Positions 58,872 through 64,000 of a DNA stretch of 64,000 bases are shown here, in pieces (the first letter of the stretch is position 1; every line of letters begins with the position of its first letter). The stretch covers positions 103,129 through 167,128 of the forward strand of contig SUXJ01000003.1 in the NCBI GenBank assembly GCA_015061005.1, in the 5' to 3' direction. The stretch is from Bacteroidales bacterium. GTDB lineage: Bacteria > Bacteroidota > Bacteroidia > Bacteroidales > Muribaculaceae. The notes beneath the pieces are model-generated. The model saw only the letters and a list, made by a program, of their open reading frames with translations, ran no database searches and was not told where the DNA came from. The position numbers were made by a program, and so were the translations under genes.

Positions 58872-59842
58872 TTTTCTGCAAACAGAGAATCAACAAATTC
58901 TTCCTTATTGAAGACTTGAAGGTCATCGATGCCCTCGCCCAGACCAATGTAGCGTACGGGAATGCCCATTTGGTCACTGATGCCTATGACTACGCCGCCT
59001 TTTGCTGTGCCATCGAGCTTGGTCACTGCAAGTGCGGTTACCGTTGTAGCTTGCGCAAATTGGCGGGCTTGTTCAAAGGCATTTTGTCCGGTCGAACCGT
59101 CAAGAACCAATAGAACTTCATCGGGAGTTCCTTCTACTACTTTTTGCATCACCCGGCGAATTTTCGACAATTCTTCCATGAGTGGCTTTTTGTTATGAAG
59201 TCGACCGGCAGTGTCGATGATTACTACGTCGGCATTCTGTGCCACAGCGCTTTGCAGAGTGTCGAATGCCACAGCCGCGGGATCTGCCCCGAGTTTTTGC
59301 TTCACGATTGCCACTCCGGAACGTGCCGCCCAAACGTCAAGTTGTTCGGTTGCTGCAGCTCGGAATGTGTCGGCCGCGCCGATAACAACCTTATTACCTG
59401 CTTTTTTGAACAAATTGGCGAGTTTGCCTATTGTAGTGGTCTTTCCGGCTCCGTTAACTCCGACAACCATAATCACATAAGGTCGGCGGCTATTTTCGGG
59501 TAAATGGAAATCTTCGTCGGGCCCTCCGGTCGTTTTCGGATCATTTTCGGCAAGCATATCGGCGATTTCTTGACGCAACATTGCATGGAGTTCGTCCATG
59601 TTGACATACTTGTCTTTGGCTACGCGATTGCGTATTCTCTCAATAATCTTTACGGTTGTTTCCACTCCAACATCGCTTGTGATGAAGATCTCTTCAAGGT
59701 CATCAAGAAAATCATCGTCAATGGTGCTGTGGCCGGCAATTGTTCGCTTTAGTTTGCCCCAAAATCCTTCTTTGGTTTGTTCAAGTCCCTTATTTAATGT
59801 TTCTTTTTTTTCGCGGGAGAAAATTTTCTTAAAAAATGACAT
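58868..59842 (-). CDS. ftsY: Signal recognition particle receptor FtsY
   Basis: 324 aa NG domain with GVNGAGKTTT, DTAGR and TKLDG motifs. Confidence 0.95.
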   Translation of the reverse strand: MSFFKKIFSREKKETLNKGLEQTKEGFWGKLKRTIAGHSTIDDDFLDDLEEIFITSDVGVETTVKIIERIRNRVAKDKYVNMDELHAMLRQEIADMLAENDPKTTGGPDEDFHLPENSRRPYVIMVVGVNGAGKTTTIGKLANLFKKAGNKVVIGAADTFRAAATEQLDVWAARSGVAIVKQKLGADPAAVAFDTLQSAVAQNADVVIIDTAGRLHNKKPLMEELSKIRRVMQKVVEGTPDEVLLVLDGSTGQNAFEQARQFAQATTVTALAVTKLDGTAKGGVVIGISDQMGIPVRYIGLGEGIDDLQVFNKEEFVDSLFAEK

Positions 59843-59888
59843 GTAATAATACGTTATTAAATGTTTTTGTGTGCCTTATTTTGGGGTG

Positions 59889-59896
59889 CAAAGTTA
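59889..59896 (-). promoter_or_regulatory. -7 box TAACTTTG upstream of ftsY-rimO
   Basis: Exact match 47 nt upstream of the ftsY ATG. It shares the GCAAAGTTACGAA 13-mer. Confidence 0.6.
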
Positions 59897-59915
59897 CGAA
59901 AAAACGACGTAAAAA

Positions 59916-60395
59916 TCAACTTTGGTTATTGATAAGGGATTTTACACGGTTAACGATTTCGGCATAATCCTTGCAGCCGAGCAGATATTTGCGACCATCG
60001 GTTAGCTCCACGAGAAAGCAGTCGGCGGTCTTGCCGTGGTAGGCAAAGTATTTGCCTATTTCAGGAGCGGCAAACCATCCCCAATATCCGAGAAATCCTC
60101 CGCTGCCACATGTGCGAACTGCATTCTTCGGCTGGTAGGGTTTTATGTCCTTGATGTCGGCAAGAGGTAGTTGTTTTGCGAACGACAATGAGCGATTTAT
60201 TACGATTGCAGTGTTGGTTACTTCAATGCTGAGTGGTGCATAATATAGTGAGAATATCAATGTCGCCGCGCAGAATACTCCCCAAGGAATCATCCATATA
60301 GCCTCTTGAATAATGAATGTGCAGCCAAAAAGAAGTACCAGAGTGATCGCTGTGGCAATGAAGCAGAAATTGCTGAGTTGTACGTTCCTTTTCAT
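59916..60395 (-). CDS. Membrane protein with two TM helices and a bacterial PH-like domain
   Basis: 159 aa with two N-terminal hydrophobic helices followed by a segment resembling a bPH domain. Tentative. Confidence 0.45.
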   Translation of the reverse strand: MKRNVQLSNFCFIATAITLVLLFGCTFIIQEAIWMIPWGVFCAATLIFSLYYAPLSIEVTNTAIVINRSLSFAKQLPLADIKDIKPYQPKNAVRTCGSGGFLGYWGWFAAPEIGKYFAYHGKTADCFLVELTDGRKYLLGCKDYAEIVNRVKSLINNQS

Positions 60396-60416
60396 ACTTA
60401 TTATTTGTTTTGAGGG

Positions 60417-60983
60417 TTATGCGAGTCGGTCGGGATTTTTTGCTATGAATTCCTTCCAAGATTTCGGACCTTTGGGCAGTGTGGGTCGTTGACTTTCGTA
60501 GAAATGACAAAGGGCTGCGCCGAGGGCATCGGTGGCATCAAGCACTTCTTCATCAAGTCGCTCATGGGGAATGCTGAGGATTCGGCGTAGCATTTCGCGT
60601 ACTTGCTCCTTGCTTGCTGCGCCGTTGCCCGTGATTGCCATTTTGATTTTACGAGGCTCATATTCCGTTATGGGAACTTCTCTGCTCAGCGCGGCAGCCA
60701 TGGCCACGCCTTGAGCTCTCCCGAGTTTCAGCATTGATTGAACATTTTTCCCGAAAAACGGAGCTTCGATGGCCATTTCGTCCGGTAAATACTGTTCAAC
60801 GAGGGCGCGCACCCGGTCATATATTCGACGCAGACGCATGTAGTGGTCCTCTAACCGATTTAGTTTTATTACTCCTAAGGCAATACATTGTGGCTTACCG
60901 CGTTTAATGCCGAGAATGCCGTAGCCCATGACGTTGGTGCCGGGGTCGATGCCGATGATTATTTTGTCCCAATCTTTTGTCAT
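60417..60983 (-). CDS. ruvC: Crossover junction endodeoxyribonuclease RuvC
   Basis: 188 aa with IIGIDPG at the N-terminus and catalytic acidic residues in the RuvC pattern. Confidence 0.92.
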   Translation of the reverse strand: MTKDWDKIIIGIDPGTNVMGYGILGIKRGKPQCIALGVIKLNRLEDHYMRLRRIYDRVRALVEQYLPDEMAIEAPFFGKNVQSMLKLGRAQGVAMAAALSREVPITEYEPRKIKMAITGNGAASKEQVREMLRRILSIPHERLDEEVLDATDALGAALCHFYESQRPTLPKGPKSWKEFIAKNPDRLA

Positions 60984-61285
60984 AATTCAATGACGTCCAT
61001 CATGGTTGAAAAGCATGTGAAAGCATTTGCACCGAGGGTGCGAGTAAGGTCTGCAGCTATCGGTTGAAGGATGTCGTTAAGAAAAATCGTGGCTTCGGTT
61101 TCAGACTCGAAAAGCGTTTGAATTGCCATGCGCTCAACTCCTTCTTCGCTGCTCATTTTCAAGCAGACCGGTTGCGATTCGCCACAGCTTCGGCATGCGG
61201 GAATCCACTGATCGCGAAGTGTTGATTTTACCTTTTCGGCAGCAGTTGGAGTGAAGAAAAAGGAGGTGTTAAGGAGTATTTTCAT
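60980..61285 (-). CDS. DUF4286-like small protein
   Basis: 101 aa, conserved upstream of ruvC in Bacteroidales as I recall it. The size and the C-terminal ...IEL ending are consistent with that family. Confidence 0.5.
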   Translation of the reverse strand: MKILLNTSFFFTPTAAEKVKSTLRDQWIPACRSCGESQPVCLKMSSEEGVERMAIQTLFESETEATIFLNDILQPIAADLTRTLGANAFTCFSTMMDVIEL

Positions 61286-62250
61286 CTCAGTTTCGCAATA
61301 TTTAGGAGATACTTGCCGTTTACACGGCGAAACAAGGCATTGCGTCGCTCAACGTTGCGTTTGCTCAGCGGAGATAGTGCACCCGGAAGTATGGGACGCA
61401 TTTCTTTCGGAATATTGTTCAGCGTCACCGTTGTAGCAGTAGAAAGCGGCGGATAACCCAAAATGACGTATAGAGTCGGTTGCTCACCGAGTTCAATGGC
61501 AATGGATGCCGAAGTGGAGCGGCGCGGAATGAAGTCACCGCGATCTTCAATCTCAGTCACTTCCGAGTCTTCAATAATGTCACAGCCGAGCGGTGCATAA
61601 TAAAATGAGCGCGAAATGCTGTCGGTCAGCAATCCGGGTGAAATATCTGTCCGAGAACAAAGCAAATGGCATGCATTGTCATAGCGCACCCGTCCGAGTC
61701 CGTCGCCACAGGTCCCTGTGCAGGAGAAGTTGGTGCGGATAATCATTGAATCGGCGCGCAGGGATTCGAATTTGTAGCCGTTGTCGTCAGTCTCAAAGAC
61801 AGCACCATTGCCATCTGCATCGATTACTCCGAAGTTTGCTTGCACCCCGAGGGGCTTGGGCAGAGAGTCAAGCAGTCTCGCAAAGTCATTCACCGTTTCA
61901 CACTTACGCAATGCTTCGCTCATAATCAAACCCTCGCGGTCTTTCAACGTGGCGGTGTCGGGCGCAAGATTATAAGATGCCGTGTTCATAATGGCAAAGG
62001 ACCTTTCGTTTACTCCAATCCATGCTTCACGAAGCAGTGAATCTCCACCGTTAAATAGGGCAATGTAGGCCATGGTTGTGTCAGTGGCTTCAACTCGCTC
62101 AATGAAATTCTGCTCAAAACCTGAATCGCGGTGCTTCCACAGTATCGGATTTCCCGAAATAGTGCGGTCCGCACCAATCAGAGCCGATGTGCAAGGCTGT
62201 GCAGCACTTGCAGTAACCATTGCAACAAGTATGAGCAACAACTTTTTCAC
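61282..62250 (-). CDS. Secreted Ntn-hydrolase-like protein (C45/C69/choloylglycine-hydrolase-like)
   Basis: A signal peptide is followed directly by Cys (AAQPCTSALIG...), the usual position of an N-terminal nucleophile. A GVNERSFAIMN motif is present. The exact family is unresolved. Confidence 0.5.
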   Translation of the reverse strand: MKKLLLILVAMVTASAAQPCTSALIGADRTISGNPILWKHRDSGFEQNFIERVEATDTTMAYIALFNGGDSLLREAWIGVNERSFAIMNTASYNLAPDTATLKDREGLIMSEALRKCETVNDFARLLDSLPKPLGVQANFGVIDADGNGAVFETDDNGYKFESLRADSMIIRTNFSCTGTCGDGLGRVRYDNACHLLCSRTDISPGLLTDSISRSFYYAPLGCDIIEDSEVTEIEDRGDFIPRRSTSASIAIELGEQPTLYVILGYPPLSTATTVTLNNIPKEMRPILPGALSPLSKRNVERRNALFRRVNGKYLLNIAKLR

Positions 62251-62276
62251 AACTCCAAAGTTAGTAAAAAATCCGT

Positions 62277-64000
62277 TTATTTGACGAAGATTTTAGTTGT
62301 TTGCTTTTCTCCGTTGGAGTTAGTCGCAGTAGCAATGTAGATGCCTTTATGCAAGCCGTCAACGTTAAGTGTTCCGGTTGCATCGGCTACTTTGATACCG
62401 CTGATATTGAAAAGTTCGATAACGGAGTCTTTACCTGCGATTATCTCACTGCCGTTATATATCAAACGGTTTGAGCCCGCTGCGATGTCGTCAATCCCAC
62501 TTTGATAGCCATCTTCAAAATATAAGCCGAAGGCGTTGTCTATCAATGCCCATGGCGCACTTGCTGTGGTGCCGAAATTAAAATTAAGAGCGGTCAGAAA
62601 TTCGGCGGTGAATTCTTCGGGCATCAGAGTTGCGCCTTCTGTGGTATTGACTTCGGCGGAGATGGCGTTTTCAATTGCTTGAGCGGGAAGAACGGCGTAG
62701 TTCTTGTCAATAGCAACGTCCATGGTCGGAATTACCGTTTTGTCATATTTTTGAGCCTCAATGTCTTCGTCCCAACGAGAGTGGCCGATGATGCGATGAA
62801 CGGCACTGCCCGTTGCTTCGATTTCGTCAATGTTGACCACATTGTTTGAGATTACCATGTTGTTCCATGGATTAGCTGCTGTTTCGCCGTTGTCCGTGTC
62901 GGTCGAAATTTCGCCATAGAATGCAGCAAGAGAGCCGACAATGCCACCAACGTTGATATAATTGCTGAATGCCGCCTGAGTTGCTGTCAGTGAGCCTTCT
63001 GCCAAGCAGGCGTGTATGCCGCCGCGGTCAGCATATCCTGCAATACCGCCAATGGTGTGTTTGCCGGTGATGCTTACTGTGGAATGGCAATTGGTGGTGG
63101 AGCACGCTGTTGATGCTTCGCCTACTATGCCTCCGATGGTTTTACCGGCATTGATTGAGCCGGAAGCTGCGCACGCTTCGATGTTTGACGTGGTGCGAGT
63201 GTCTCCGGCAATTGCACCAACGGGAGATGCTCCGGGTGCATTAATATAGGTGTTGGCGTTGTAGCATTCGCTGATGGTACTGTTGAGGGCTGCCGAACCA
63301 ACAATGCCGCCAATGGTGGCAAAAGCATCGGCATCGGCTTCGATTATCGCATCAAAAACTTGAATATTGCTGAAATTTGAAGATATTGCATTGGCAGCAA
63401 TGAGCCCGATAGACATTGCATTGTCTGAGGCGTAAATTTCGGGAGAAGCAAGTCTGAGATTTGTGACAGATGCATTCTCGGTTTCTGCAAATATTGAGGG
63501 ATATGACGAATTGCCGCTGATGTAGAGATTGGAAATGGTGTGATTGTCACCGTCGAGAGTGCCGGTGAATAGCCCCAGAGGTTCCCATTCGCCGAACTCT
63601 GCAGCGTCAAAGTCTTTGATAATCTTATAGTTCGCTGAAAGATCACGCCCAATTAGCGCCATATCTCCGATGCTTGAAATGAGGTAGGGGGTTTCGACGG
63701 AGCCGTCGCCTCCGGCACTGAATTTATTGTAAGGGAGGAAATCAATTTCTACGGTGCAAAGATCTGTTGAACTGTTGAGGTAGGGCACGATGATGGCAGG
63801 GAGTCCGTCGTTGAAGCCAACGATGTTACAGATTCCGAGGTCTCCTTTGGTTGCATCTTCCTTATATGTACGCACCTCTGTGCCGTCTTCTTTAACGATG
63901 CGCAGTTCATCGGTGATTTTCCCGGTAGTGCCTGATACGTATTGATTGGCAATAAAGACATATTCGCGCATGTCGTCGGTGTCAAATACGTAGGGGTTCA
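62277..64000 (-). CDS. GLUG-motif repeat protein with T9SS C-terminal sorting domain (5' end beyond the window)
   Basis: Repeated IGGIVG/IGGIAG/VGGIVG GLUG motifs and a C-terminal domain ending GIYIATATNSNGEKQTTKIFVK. The frame stays open upstream of the track Met at 63971 through to the window edge. Confidence 0.8.
   Translation of the reverse strand, partial: NPYVFDTDDMREYVFIANQYVSGTTGKITDELRIVKEDGTEVRTYKEDATKGDLGICNIVGFNDGLPAIIVPYLNSSTDLCTVEIDFLPYNKFSAGGDGSVETPYLISSIGDMALIGRDLSANYKIIKDFDAAEFGEWEPLGLFTGTLDGDNHTISNLYISGNSSYPSIFAETENASVTNLRLASPEIYASDNAMSIGLIAANAISSNFSNIQVFDAIIEADADAFATIGGIVGSAALNSTISECYNANTYINAPGASPVGAIAGDTRTTSNIEACAASGSINAGKTIGGIVGEASTACSTTNCHSTVSITGKHTIGGIAGYADRGGIHACLAEGSLTATQAAFSNYINVGGIVGSLAAFYGEISTDTDNGETAANPWNNMVISNNVVNIDEIEATGSAVHRIIGHSRWDEDIEAQKYDKTVIPTMDVAIDKNYAVLPAQAIENAISAEVNTTEGATLMPEEFTAEFLTALNFNFGTTASAPWALIDNAFGLYFEDGYQSGIDDIAAGSNRLIYNGSEIIAGKDSVIELFNISGIKVADATGTLNVDGLHKGIYIATATNSNGEKQTTKIFVK

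Noticed and set aside
1-64000. CRISPR arrays, rRNA genes, IS elements and transposases, toxin-antitoxin pairs, restriction-modification systems.
   Set aside because: I checked every intergenic gap longer than 60 nt, as well as the ORF track. No regularly spaced repeats and no recognisable nuclease, recombinase or methylase motifs were found.

Overview
The window looks like a gene-dense chromosomal segment of a Bacteroidota (probably Bacteroidales) genome. Three things support this: TAnnTTTG -7 promoter boxes sit upstream of most operons, many proteins end in type IX secretion (T9SS) C-terminal sorting domains, and there are Bacteroidetes-typical pairs such as short GlgA-like/DUF4270 and ruvC/DUF4286.

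Most of the window is housekeeping:
- Nucleotide, cofactor and amino-acid metabolism: maeB (partial), purB, sufB, pheA plus an aminotransferase, dxr.
- Translation: tRNA-Arg(TCT), rpsA, valS, rpsF-rpsR-rplI, lepA, an rlmI-like gene, tsaC, rimO.
- Envelope, proteolysis and transport: rsfS-ftsH, nhaA, rseP, DPP-III, a sugar transferase, a ClC channel, ftsY.
- DNA repair: ruvC.

Accessory content:
1. 17.4-30.8 kb is a cell-surface block. It holds two tandem giant paralogous T9SS cargo proteins, a YD-repeat-like T9SS cargo, and a two-gene module: a Trp/Tyr/His-rich secreted protein with a Ser/Arg/Gly tail, followed by a FadL/PorV-like beta-barrel.
2. 33.8-37.3 kb is a low-GC islet between rplI and a DUF4136 gene. 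It holds a membrane TPR/HTH regulator, a miniprotein that looks like a signal peptide plus sorting-domain-like tail, and a BspA-type LRR T9SS cargo.
3. 55.6-56.5 kb is a low-GC orphan gene for a two-TM protein.
4. 41.5-42.1 kb is a four-helix-bundle gene broken by a single in-frame TAG.

I found no rRNA, CRISPR array, integrase, transposase or recognisable defence system. All functional calls rest on motifs I recognised by eye in the supplied translations; no database search was run.
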